The notes: generated by a model not told the origin, from the sequence alone. A DNA stretch of 64,000 nucleotides from Candidatus Pacearchaeota archaeon (GCA_023144035.1 JAGLGM010000001.1:1091-65090), one strand, 5' to 3'; counted from the first letter of the stretch, positions 19,677 through 28,847 are shown. Translations and numbers: made by a program.

Positions 19677-20252
19677 ATGAAAAAGAGGAATTCAAAAAAG
19701 AATAAAACAATAACATTTATAATTGTATTAATTTTAATCTTAATTGCAGTATTTGGAGTTGTTAAATTAACTGGAAATTCTGTAGAAAATAAAATGACAA
19801 AAGTAACACTTGAAACAAATCACGGAAACATTGTAATTAATTTATATTCTGATATGCCAATAACAACAGGAAACTTTGAAAAACTTGTTAAAGATGGTTT
19901 TTATGACAATGTTATATTTCACAGAATAATTGATGGTTTTATGCTTCAAGGTGGAGACCCAACTGGAACAGGAGCAGGAGGACCAGGATATAATATTGAA
20001 GATGAATTTACTCATGCAGGTGGAAACAAAAATGACCATGGAACAATATCAATGGCAAATGCAGGACCAAACACTGGAGGCAGTCAATTTTTTATTAATT
20101 TAGTAGACAATAATTTCTTGGATACAAAACACCCAGTATTTGGAAAAGTTGTAGAAGGAATGGATGTTGTTGATGCAATTGCAAAAGTTCCAAAAAATGC
20201 TCAAGACAAACCTTTAGAAGATGTTATAATTATCAAAGCTATTGTTAACTAA
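19677..20252 (+). CDS. Cyclophilin-type peptidyl-prolyl isomerase with N-terminal anchor
   Basis: FHRII..FMLQGGDPTGTG, SMANAGPNTGGSQFFI. Confidence 0.95.
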   Translation: MKKRNSKKNKTITFIIVLILILIAVFGVVKLTGNSVENKMTKVTLETNHGNIVINLYSDMPITTGNFEKLVKDGFYDNVIFHRIIDGFMLQGGDPTGTGAGGPGYNIEDEFTHAGGNKNDHGTISMANAGPNTGGSQFFINLVDNNFLDTKHPVFGKVVEGMDVVDAIAKVPKNAQDKPLEDVIIIKAIVN

Positions 20253-20279
20253 TAATAATTCTTAAAAAGAATAAACAGC

Positions 20280-20672
20280 TTGAATTTTTATATGGATGTT
20301 ATCTACATGAAATCACCTAGTGAAATAGATTACTATATTGTAAATAAAAATTTTATGGAAATAATTTCTATTTCTAAAGATTATCTTTTTGTAATGGCCG
20401 AAGATGAAGCCATAACAGAGGGAGCTTATAAAACAATCAATATAAATAAAAAGATTTTTGAAAAAATGAAAAATCTTGCAATAGATAATAAAAGAAAGGA
20501 ACTAACAGATATTTTAAAAGAGGTTCACAATAAAAACAAAGAAATCTTAGAAAATCCACACTTACAACTAAGGATAGAAGAATCAAGATATGATCATAAT
20601 TCTGAACAGCTCGAACAAAAAAAACAAAGTTTCATAGACCACTATAAAAAAAGCAAAGCTATTGTTAACTAA
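20280..20672 (+). CDS. Hypothetical cargo protein ending in the duplicated KAIVN* terminus
   Basis: Last five codons and stop are identical to the cyclophilin end. Confidence 0.55.
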   Translation: MNFYMDVIYMKSPSEIDYYIVNKNFMEIISISKDYLFVMAEDEAITEGAYKTININKKIFEKMKNLAIDNKRKELTDILKEVHNKNKEILENPHLQLRIEESRYDHNSEQLEQKKQSFIDHYKKSKAIVN

Positions 20673-21014
20673 TTATAATAATTTAATTGTCTTTAATTCT
20701 TCTTTTAAATAAGTAATTCTTTTCACCACAATCCCCCAAATCCTATCCAAACCAACTTCAAAATAAGAATGAATAAGAATGTTTTTGAAATTTGAAAGTT
20801 CTTCCCAAGGAAATGATTTATTAATATCTCTAACTGATTTTGGAATATTTTTAACAGCTTCTCCAATAATTTCTAATCTTCTAATTACTGCATCTTGTAA
20901 TTTTGTATCTTCTTTAAATTGTTCTTTGGAGACACCTTTTGTATATTCTTCAAGTTTATCTAAACATTCTTTTATATCTCCAAGAAATAATTTATAATTT
21001 CTACTCTTTCTCAT
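20673..21014 (-). CDS. HepT/DUF86 HEPN toxin
   Basis: DAVIRRLEIIGEA, PW, FKNILIHSYF. Confidence 0.9.
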   Translation of the reverse strand: MRKSRNYKLFLGDIKECLDKLEEYTKGVSKEQFKEDTKLQDAVIRRLEIIGEAVKNIPKSVRDINKSFPWEELSNFKNILIHSYFEVGLDRIWGIVVKRITYLKEELKTIKLL

Positions 21015-21315
21015 AAATTAATACCTCTTCTTTTAGAATAGGGTTTTTTAATTCAGATCTAATTGTTTCATATTCAACTAAATCCACTTTTTTTTTAAGA
21101 ACTTTTTCTAATTCAATTTTAATTCTAATAACATCCAATAAATCGATATCTTTTTCTAGCTCAACTAAAAGATCCACATCACTATTCTTTTTTTGTTCCC
21201 CACGAACATAACTCCCAAAAATCCCTGCTTTGATTACATTATTTTTTATAAGAATAGGAAGTATTATTTTTCTAATTTCTTGAACTGAATTAACCATATA
21301 AACAATAAATAACAC
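21001..21315 (-). CDS. MntA-type minimal nucleotidyltransferase antitoxin
   Basis: FGSYVRGE...SDVDLLV...KKVDLV. Confidence 0.9.
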   Translation of the reverse strand: MLFIVYMVNSVQEIRKIILPILIKNNVIKAGIFGSYVRGEQKKNSDVDLLVELEKDIDLLDVIRIKIELEKVLKKKVDLVEYETIRSELKNPILKEEVLIYEKE

Positions 21316-21341
21316 AAGTTTTTAAGTTTATTGACAAACCT

Positions 21342-21605
21342 TTAGAAGATGTTATAATTATCAAAGCTATTGTTAACTAATTCTTTTCTCATCTCATAAC
21401 CATATGATTCAACATTATCTTTTTGTTGTTTTTTTAAACATGAATTAGCACAACAATAAAGAAGAATAAATGCCATTCCAATCCCAAATGAAGATACCAA
21501 ACGCTTTTTTCTAACTTTTTTCTCAAGTGGATTTACACGTTTCTCTTTACTAACTTTAAATCTATCATCAATTTTATGTGAAAAGTTTTTACCTACGTAT
21601 ATCAT
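21342..21605 (-). CDS. Hypothetical single-TM protein
   Basis: 87 aa; C-terminus is read antisense through the third cyclophilin-end copy. Confidence 0.35.
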   Translation of the reverse strand: MIYVGKNFSHKIDDRFKVSKEKRVNPLEKKVRKKRLVSSFGIGMAFILLYCCANSCLKKQQKDNVESYGYEMRKELVNNSFDNYNIF

Positions 21606-21749
21606 TTTTCATAAAAGAATCCATCTCCTTGAACATTTTGTCCATAATTAAAAAAATAAGAAATAATTCTTTTTAATTATTTGTATTCTATTAAGACAAT
21701 TCTATTATTATACAAAAACATTTAAATATCTCTTACATTTAAATAAATC

Positions 21750-22109
21750 ATGGAAAAAGATATTGGAAAAATAAACAAAGGAGAATTTCAAGGTTCTGTA
21801 ACTGAAATAGTTGTTGGAATCAGAGAATACAAAGGCAGAGTTGGTATTGACATAAGAGAATTTGTTACAGGTGAAAAATATACTGGTCCTACAAAAAAAG
21901 GATTAAGAATCCCTGCAGATAATTTTCAGGAATTTAAAGAAATGGTTAATTCTATAGATGAAGCAGATTTACAACCTTCTGAACCTAGCTCTGAAGAAAA
22001 TCTAGAACAACCTGCAGACCAAGAAACTTTAGATAAAAAACCAGCAGAAGATACACCTAAAGAAGACTCTAAAGAAAAAGAGCCTGATGCAGAAATGCCT
22101 GATTATTAG
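21750..22109 (+). CDS. PC4/Sub1-like ssDNA-binding protein with acidic tail
   Basis: EYKGRVGIDIREF...PTKKGLRI. Confidence 0.8.
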   Translation: MEKDIGKINKGEFQGSVTEIVVGIREYKGRVGIDIREFVTGEKYTGPTKKGLRIPADNFQEFKEMVNSIDEADLQPSEPSSEENLEQPADQETLDKKPAEDTPKEDSKEKEPDAEMPDY

Positions 22110-22236
22110 TTATTCTAAAAGATTTTTTAGAATAGAATTTAACTAATAAATAAAATGTATTTCCAATAGTTTTGTAACTACTTTTAAATGAAAAATATAT
22201 AGGAAGATTTATAAACAACATAATTCTCAAAAAATC

Positions 22237-23286
22237 ATGATAAGCTTAAAAAAATATGTAAACAAAAGCACATTTCCAGTATCACTATTAAACATAAATA
22301 AAATAGTTGGGAAAAACCAAAATAGCTACATCTTCTCAATTGCAAACATTGCAAATAAAATTAAAGGTAATCAAAAGATATGGGGAATCAATGCTTTTAA
22401 TTATGCTAAAGAAGTTGGAGAAACTCAAGTAGCAGGAGCTAATGCTTTTAATTATGCTAAAGAAGTTGGAGAAATTCAATGGGCACTATTTAATGGAGCA
22501 AATATTGCTAAAGAAGTTAAAGAAAATCAAATAGCAGGAGCTAATGTTTTTAATTATGCTGAAGAAGTTGGAGAAATTCAATGGGCACTATTTAATGGAG
22601 CAAATATTGCAAATAAAATTAAAGACAATCAAAAGACATGGGGAATCAATGCTTTTAATTATGCTAAAGAAGTTGGAAGGGATCAAGGAGCAGGAGCTAA
22701 TGTTTTTAATTATGCTGAAGAAGTTGGAAGGGATCAAGGAGCAGTAATCTTTACATTACTTAATTATGCTAAAGAAGTTGGAGAAAATCAAGGGTCAGTC
22801 TTTAATGCTTTTAATTATGCTGAAGAAGTTGGAAGGGATCAAGGAGCAGTAATTAATGGAGCAAATATTGCTAAAGAAGTTGGAAGAGATCAAGGAGCAG
22901 TAATTAATGGAGCAAATATTGCTAAAGAAGTTGGAAGAGATCAAGGGCCAGTAATCTTTACATTACTTAATTATGCTAATAAAGCAAAAAAGCAAAAAAA
23001 TGCTTTAGTTAATATTACTAAGTCTACAGGAACAAAACAAAAAGGAGTAATTAATTATTCTCCTTTAACGGGAATTAACTTATGGCAAGATCTTCCATCT
23101 AAAATAAATTCTGCAAAAAAGAAATTTGAAAAAAAATATTTAACTCTTGAAGATAATATCAAAGAAGAAGTAATAAATGATTTAGCAAATTCTAAACAAG
23201 GTTTAATAAAATCTCTTTTTAATTACAATACAAAAAGAAATTTAGTAAAAAGAGAAGCAAGAAAATATTTGATGAACAATAAATAA
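22237..23286 (+). CDS. Tandem-repeat protein (N-Y/I-A-K/E-E-V...Q repeats; LA_2272-like beta-solenoid)
   Basis: Roughly 14 repeats of 15-17 aa with near-identical DNA blocks. Confidence 0.65.
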   Translation: MISLKKYVNKSTFPVSLLNINKIVGKNQNSYIFSIANIANKIKGNQKIWGINAFNYAKEVGETQVAGANAFNYAKEVGEIQWALFNGANIAKEVKENQIAGANVFNYAEEVGEIQWALFNGANIANKIKDNQKTWGINAFNYAKEVGRDQGAGANVFNYAEEVGRDQGAVIFTLLNYAKEVGENQGSVFNAFNYAEEVGRDQGAVINGANIAKEVGRDQGAVINGANIAKEVGRDQGPVIFTLLNYANKAKKQKNALVNITKSTGTKQKGVINYSPLTGINLWQDLPSKINSAKKKFEKKYLTLEDNIKEEVINDLANSKQGLIKSLFNYNTKRNLVKREARKYLMNNK

Positions 23287-23467
23287 TTATATTTTAAAAC
23301 TTAATTCTAAGTATTTTGAATAAGTATTCAAAAGGAAATGTAAAACTTCCATTTGTCCTCGAACTATTTAAAATTTTCAAAAATAAAACAAAACATTTAA
23401 ATAGTATTATGAATATGTATTCATAACGTATAACGTTACAAAATAAATAAATTAGGAGAAATAAAAA

Positions 23468-23638
23468 ATGCCAAATAAAGACAAAACAGGACCAGAAAGA
23501 AAAGGACCTAAAACAGGAAAACAGCTTGGAAATTGTGAAGGAGCAGAACCTAATGAAACTGCACCAAGAAACGAAGCTGGAAGAAGACCTAGAAGAAACT
23601 TAGGAAGAGGATTAGGTAGAGGAAGACAAGATGCCTAG
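23468..23638 (+). CDS. DUF5320-like Gly/Arg-rich small protein
   Basis: Manual translation MPNKDKTGP..GPKTGKQLGNC...GRGLGRG; overlaps the DUF134 start. Confidence 0.7.
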   Translation: MPNKDKTGPERKGPKTGKQLGNCEGAEPNETAPRNEAGRRPRRNLGRGLGRGRQDA

Positions 23639-23909
23639 ACCCTGTAAAAGAAGGAGAGTAAGGGGCCGGCCAAACTCTTCTTATTTCAAACCAGCAGGAA
23701 TTCCTATAAATTCTTTAAAAGAATCTATCTTAACTTTAGATGAATTTGAAGCTATAAGATTAATTGATCTTGAAGAAGTCTCACAAGAAAAAGCTGCAGA
23801 CAAAATGCAAATCTCTCAACCTACTTTATCAAGAATATTAAAATCTGCAAGAAAAAAAATATCTGACTCATTAATTAATGGAAAAGCAATTAAGATAGAA
23901 AAGAATTGA
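23631..23909 (+). CDS. DUF134 family HTH protein
   Basis: MPRP...FKPAG...EFEAIRLID...SQPTLSRIL. Confidence 0.9.
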   Translation: MPRPCKRRRVRGRPNSSYFKPAGIPINSLKESILTLDEFEAIRLIDLEEVSQEKAADKMQISQPTLSRILKSARKKISDSLINGKAIKIEKN

Positions 23910-23957
23910 AACTAATTTCTTCCAAACATTTAAAAAAAGAATTCAATAATTATATTA

Positions 23958-24293
23958 ATGAAAAAAAGAAGTTGGGTGACAGCAATAGTTATTTTTATAG
24001 TTATAATTTTAGCAATTATGATTATGACTAAACCTCATCCTGAAACAAATATGGAAGTAGCAAAATGTATTGGAGAAAATTCAAAATTATATATTCAATT
24101 AGGATGTCATGCTTGTGAGCTTCAAGAAGATATGTTTGGAGACAATTATCAATATTTAACTGTAATTGATTGTTGGTTTGAAAGTGATAAATGTGTTGGA
24201 ATTGAAGTTACTCCAACTTGGATAATTAAAGGAAGTAAATATACTGGGATTCAAGAAATCTCAACCTTACAAGAACTAACAGGATGTACATAA
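23958..24293 (+). CDS. Membrane-anchored thioredoxin-like protein
   Basis: N-terminal TM, CHAC, TPTW. Confidence 0.75.
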   Translation: MKKRSWVTAIVIFIVIILAIMIMTKPHPETNMEVAKCIGENSKLYIQLGCHACELQEDMFGDNYQYLTVIDCWFESDKCVGIEVTPTWIIKGSKYTGIQEISTLQELTGCT

Positions 24294-24294
24294 G

Positions 24295-24990
24295 ATGTCA
24301 GAAATTTTAAGAATAACAGGACTTGCACTTGCCGATGCTATAAACCCTTGTGCAATTGCAGTTTTAACAATGGTATTAGTTTCAATTTTAATTGAAAATC
24401 CAAAAGGAAAAAAAAGAGTATTATATTCTGGTTTAGCTTTTGTTTTAGCAGTTTATATTGGTTATTTTGTTTATGGAGGAATAATTGTTCAATTCTTTAG
24501 AGTTTTTGGAACTTTCCTAAGAGTAAATTCAATATATGTTTACAAAGGGCTTGCTTTCTTAGCAATGATATTAGGTGCACTAAACATAAAAGATTTCTTT
24601 TATTATAAAAAAGGAAGTTTTGCAACTGAAATGCCTTTATTTATGAGGCCAAAAGTGAAAAAAATTATTGGAAAAATAACTTCACCAAAAGGAGCATTTA
24701 TAATCGGATTTATTGTAACACTTTTCTTACTTCCATGTACAATGGGACCTTTAGTAATAGCAGGAGGATCTATTGCTGAATTAAGTTTCATTGCATCATC
24801 AGCTTGGCTACTTTACTATAATTTATTATTTGTTCTACCAATGTTAGCAATAACTTTAATTGTTTATTTTGGATTTTCAAAAGTTGAAGATGTTTCTGGT
24901 TGGAAAGAAAGAAACATAAAGAAACTACATCTTATCGCAGGATTATTATTATTCCTTATGGGAGTAGCTTTATTAATCGGTTGGATATAA
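24295..24990 (+). CDS. CcdA/DsbD-like disulfide-exchange membrane protein
   Basis: DAINPC and LLPCT motifs; adjacent to the thioredoxin-like gene. Confidence 0.75.
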   Translation: MSEILRITGLALADAINPCAIAVLTMVLVSILIENPKGKKRVLYSGLAFVLAVYIGYFVYGGIIVQFFRVFGTFLRVNSIYVYKGLAFLAMILGALNIKDFFYYKKGSFATEMPLFMRPKVKKIIGKITSPKGAFIIGFIVTLFLLPCTMGPLVIAGGSIAELSFIASSAWLLYYNLLFVLPMLAITLIVYFGFSKVEDVSGWKERNIKKLHLIAGLLLFLMGVALLIGWI

Positions 24991-25011
24991 AAATATTTAA
25001 AAATTATTACA

Positions 25012-25308
25012 TCAATAACTAGGCATTAATTTATTGTGTCCAAATTGAATAACTAAATCTATGTTGGGTTTTATCTTTTCTATTCCAACAGGAGTATCAC
25101 AAGCTCCAAAACAACTTCCAAGCCAAATTAGAAATTCTGCTTTTGTCTGTTCTTCAAGATAATCTACAATAGCAGTTGCATATTGTTTAAGTCCATCTGG
25201 AAATTGAAGCAAGACTAATTTTGCTTTTGCTTTTCTTATTTTACCGACGACAACTTCTAATTCTAAATTATATTTTTCTTCTAGTTCTACTAATGTTTTT
25301 TTCCTCAT
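25012..25308 (-). CDS. Diphthamide synthesis Dph1/Dph2 N-terminal domain (stand-alone, 98 aa)
   Basis: LQFPDGLK, SCFGACD, IQFGH. Confidence 0.75.
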   Translation of the reverse strand: MRKKTLVELEEKYNLELEVVVGKIRKAKAKLVLLQFPDGLKQYATAIVDYLEEQTKAEFLIWLGSCFGACDTPVGIEKIKPNIDLVIQFGHNKLMPSY

Positions 25309-25420
25309 AGAAAATCAAGTTTTACTTTATTTTTATAATTTTTGGCCACATTAAAAACCTTAATTTTGTTGCCATTTTATAATAAAGATATTAAATAGAA
25401 AGCTTTAAATATCCAATAAA

Positions 25421-25620
25421 ACTCTATATTCTGTCTCACTTCGGTGGGGCATGGAGAGTTTTGGACTTCGGTTCTTTGCTCTCCACTTATATTCATTTGG
25501 CTTCGGTCAAGTGATCGGGAGGGATTAGACTTCGGTTTTTTCTTTCCCACTTATATTCATTTGGCTTCGGTCAAGTGATCGGGGGTTAGACTTCGGTTTT
25601 TCTCCCACCTATATTCTTTC
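25421..25620 (+). ncRNA. Candidate structured ncRNA with six cUUCGg hairpins
   Basis: Six CTTCGG loops closed by stems with G-U pairs valid on the + strand; TTTAAATA box at ~25404; repeated TATATTC linkers. Confidence 0.65.
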
Positions 25621-25662
25621 AATTTTCAAAAGATTTTTAACTGATTTATCTCTATCTTTTCT

Positions 25663-27465
25663 ATGACAACCCAAACAAAAACCAGACAACCCATAGTAAC
25701 TGTATGTGGACATGTTGATCATGGAAAAACATCTATCCTAGACTGTCTTAGAAATAGCTGTGTCCAAGAAGGAGAAAAAGGAGGAATAACTCAAAGAATA
25801 TCCTTTACTTCATATCCTATGAGCCAGATGAAAACTGCTTGCCCTTTAATAGATAGTTCAGGTATAAAAATAAACATTCCTGGATTCTTATTAATTGATA
25901 CTCCTGGACATGCTGCTTTTACAAATTTAAGAAAAAGAGGAGGAAGTTTAGCTGATTTAGCAATATTAGTAATTGATATAAATGAAGGTATAAAACCTCA
26001 AACAGCAGAAGTAATTCAAATTCTAAAACTTCATAAAACTCCTTTTATAATTGCTTTAAATAAAATAGACAATATTTCTGGTTGGAGGCCTCCATCTTCA
26101 GAGGTCATCCCAGGGGGAAGAAAACAAGATAAAGATTTAAAGAAAAATATTGAATCTCAATCTCAAAATATTAAACAAACTTTTGATGAAAGATACATGT
26201 CTTTAATAGGTGCTTTACACAGCCATGGATTTGATTCAGATTTATTTTATAATATCAAAGATTTTTCAAAAAAAATAGCATTAGTACCTTGTTCTGCAAG
26301 AACTCATGAAGGAATTCCAGAATTAATAATGATGTTGTGTGGTTTAAGTCAAAAATATTTAGCAGACAAACTAATATTAGGAAAAGATGCAAAAGGAGTT
26401 ATGTTAGAGATTAAAAAAGAAAAATCAACTAATTATATTGAATCAATATTATATGATGGAGTATTATCAAAAACAGATGAAATAGCTATTGCAAATCTTG
26501 AAGGAGAGCCTATTATTACTAAAATCAGAATTCTTGAAGAAATAGAACCTTTATGTTTTAAATTTAAACCAAAAGAGAAGGTTCAAGCTTCAACAGGATT
26601 AAGGCTACAACTTATTAATCCAAAAGGAATTTCCTCTGGAGAAAAAACAGAGATTCTTCCTGGCATGCCTTTTGTACTCTATAAAGGAAATAAAGAAAAA
26701 ATAAAAGAAACTTTCAAAAAAGAAGTTTCTGAAAGCATTAAAACAGATAAACAAGGAATCATAGCAAAAGCAGATTCATTAGGAAGTTTAGAAGCTCTTT
26801 TAGCTTTATTAAAACAAGAAAAAATACCTGTTGTAAAAGCAGGAATTGGAAACATAAATAAAACAGATATAATCTCAGCAAAAGCAAATTTAGAAATTAA
26901 TGAATTAGATGCTGTAATTGTAGGATTTAATATTTCAATTGACGAAGAAGTAAAGGAAATGAAAGGAAATATTAAAATTCTAACAGAAGATGTTGTATAT
27001 AAATTAATTGAAAACATAACTGAATTTAGAGAAGAAAAAAGAAAAGAAATTGAGAAAAAAAGAATGATGGGATTAACAACGATTTGTAAACTTAAAATTT
27101 TACATCAACATATTTTTAGAAATACAAAACCAGCAATATTTGGAGTAAAAATAGAGGCAGGTAAATTAATTTCAGGATTAAATTTAATTAATGAAAAAAA
27201 TGAAAAAGTTGCAAGAGTTAAAAATATTCAATCTGAAAATAAATCTGTTCAAGAATCAAAAGAAGGTACAGAAGTAGCTATTTCACTTCCAGGAGTAAAT
27301 TATGAAAGGCAATTAAAAGATAATAATGTACTTTATTCAGAACTTGGAGAATCCCAATTTAGAAACTTCAAGAAAAACAAGGATTTACTTTCACAAAATG
27401 AAATAAAAATTTTGCAGGAAATAGCAGAACTTAAGCGAGAAACAAATGCTGATTGGGGACAATAA
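25663..27465 (+). CDS. infB: Translation initiation factor aIF5B/IF-2
   Basis: GHVDHGKT, GGITQ, DTPGH, NKID, KADSLGSLEAL. Confidence 0.97.
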   Translation: MTTQTKTRQPIVTVCGHVDHGKTSILDCLRNSCVQEGEKGGITQRISFTSYPMSQMKTACPLIDSSGIKINIPGFLLIDTPGHAAFTNLRKRGGSLADLAILVIDINEGIKPQTAEVIQILKLHKTPFIIALNKIDNISGWRPPSSEVIPGGRKQDKDLKKNIESQSQNIKQTFDERYMSLIGALHSHGFDSDLFYNIKDFSKKIALVPCSARTHEGIPELIMMLCGLSQKYLADKLILGKDAKGVMLEIKKEKSTNYIESILYDGVLSKTDEIAIANLEGEPIITKIRILEEIEPLCFKFKPKEKVQASTGLRLQLINPKGISSGEKTEILPGMPFVLYKGNKEKIKETFKKEVSESIKTDKQGIIAKADSLGSLEALLALLKQEKIPVVKAGIGNINKTDIISAKANLEINELDAVIVGFNISIDEEVKEMKGNIKILTEDVVYKLIENITEFREEKRKEIEKKRMMGLTTICKLKILHQHIFRNTKPAIFGVKIEAGKLISGLNLINEKNEKVARVKNIQSENKSVQESKEGTEVAISLPGVNYERQLKDNNVLYSELGESQFRNFKKNKDLLSQNEIKILQEIAELKRETNADWGQ

Positions 27466-27495
27466 CTTTAAAAGTATTAATCACGATATAGAAAC

Positions 27496-28239
27496 ATGCC
27501 AAAAAAAGGTTTAAAAAAAACACTAATTATTTCTGTTACACTTATTATTATTGCAATAATAATTTTAATTGCTGTTAAAAATCCACTTGCAACAAATACA
27601 ATAAATGTTGAAGGTTCTGCGACAATTAATGTAATACCTAATTTAGTAACTATTTATTTTAATATAGAAACTTCAGGAGATACAACTGCAGAAGCAAGTG
27701 AAGCAAATACAGAAATTGTTGAAGAATTAAAAAATTCTTTAATTTCTTTAGGAATAGAAAAAGAAAACCTAATTACCCAAAATTATAATGTTTATCAAGA
27801 TTATGATTGGATTAATAATATAAGAATAGAAAAAGGATACAAAACAACACATTCTATAAAAATTGAGATTTGTACAGGAGAAACAGAAAAAATAGGAGAA
27901 ATTATAGATGCTGGAACTCAAGTGGGGGCTACAATTAATTATATAAATTTTGAACTAACTTCAGACTTACAAAACCAATATAAAGCAGAAGCAATGCATT
28001 TAGCAGCAGAAGATGCAAGAATGAAAGCAGAAGCAATAGCAGAAGGTTTAGATAAAAAAGTTGGAAGGCTTGTTTCAGTTTCTACAAGTAATTTTGATTA
28101 TTCTCCTTGGGGACTTTATGAATCAACAGGATTAGCTATGACAGAAAATGCAATAGAAGCAAAAGTTGCAACAACAAATATTCAACCAGGAGAACAAGAA
28201 ATCTACGGACAAATTACTGCTGTGTTTAAGTTAAGATAA
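27496..28239 (+). CDS. SIMPL domain (DUF541) protein
   Basis: TINVEGSATINVIPN...AAEDARMKAEAIAEGL. Confidence 0.85.
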   Translation: MPKKGLKKTLIISVTLIIIAIIILIAVKNPLATNTINVEGSATINVIPNLVTIYFNIETSGDTTAEASEANTEIVEELKNSLISLGIEKENLITQNYNVYQDYDWINNIRIEKGYKTTHSIKIEICTGETEKIGEIIDAGTQVGATINYINFELTSDLQNQYKAEAMHLAAEDARMKAEAIAEGLDKKVGRLVSVSTSNFDYSPWGLYESTGLAMTENAIEAKVATTNIQPGEQEIYGQITAVFKLR

Positions 28240-28281
28240 TTCTTTAACAAACTTTAAAAACCTCTTAAAATACAACTTAAT

Positions 28282-28728
28282 ATGTTTAAAATAAATATTG
28301 CAGAAAAATCAGGGAAAACCTATAAATTAGAAACAGAAGCTGAAGCTTTAATTGAAAAAACAATTCATGATAAAGTGGATGGTAAAGATATTTCTGAAGA
28401 TTTAGCAGGATATGAATTTGAAATTACTGGAGCTAGTGATAAATCTGGATTTACTGTAATGAAAGATGTTGAAGGCTTTGGAAAAAAGAAAGTATTATTA
28501 GAATATGGAAAAGGTATGAGAAAAAGACCTAGAAGAGAAGGTAAAAAGAAACAAACAACTCCTACTCCAAAAGGATTAAGATTAAGAAAAACAGTTAGAG
28601 GAAAAATTATTTCTCAAGATATAATTCAAATTAATTTAAAATTATTAAAAGAAGGAAATAAAAAACTTTCAGAAATATTTCCAGATCAAAATAAGGCAAA
28701 AGAAGTTCAAAAAAAAGGAAAAAAATAA
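28282..28728 (+). CDS. rps6e: 30S ribosomal protein S6e
   Basis: ITGASDKSGF...GLRLRKTVRG...QINLK. Confidence 0.92.
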   Translation: MFKINIAEKSGKTYKLETEAEALIEKTIHDKVDGKDISEDLAGYEFEITGASDKSGFTVMKDVEGFGKKKVLLEYGKGMRKRPRREGKKKQTTPTPKGLRLRKTVRGKIISQDIIQINLKLLKEGNKKLSEIFPDQNKAKEVQKKGKK

Positions 28729-28781
28729 TCCGTAATTCTTAAATACTCCTTTAACGTAACAAAATTAAAAGAAAAGATATA

Positions 28782-28847
28782 TAAATTGAAAAATAAAGGG
28801 GTATTTAAATTGAAAAATAAAGGGGTATTTAAATTGAAAAACAAGGG
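28782..28847 (+). repeat. 24-nt tandem repeat (~2.7 copies) at a gene start
   Basis: Unit TAAATTGAAAAATAAAGGGGTATT. Confidence 0.85.

Larger units (their letters stand above)
20205..21381 (+). repeat. Three direct copies of the cyclophilin 3' end (49, 20 and 49 nt) bracketing two cargo segments
   Basis: Exact 49-mer at 20205-20253 and 21333-21381; CAAAGCTATTGTTAACTAAT at 20654-20673. Confidence 0.9.

Noticed and set aside
22370-22980. CRISPR or DGR template/variable repeats
   Set aside because: Repeats are in-frame coding units, differences are not adenine-specific by eye, and no reverse transcriptase is present in the window.
25421-25620. CRISPR array, tRNA or simple terminator
   Set aside because: No unique spacers or cloverleaf. 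It lies between divergent genes, so six hairpins are not explained by termination.
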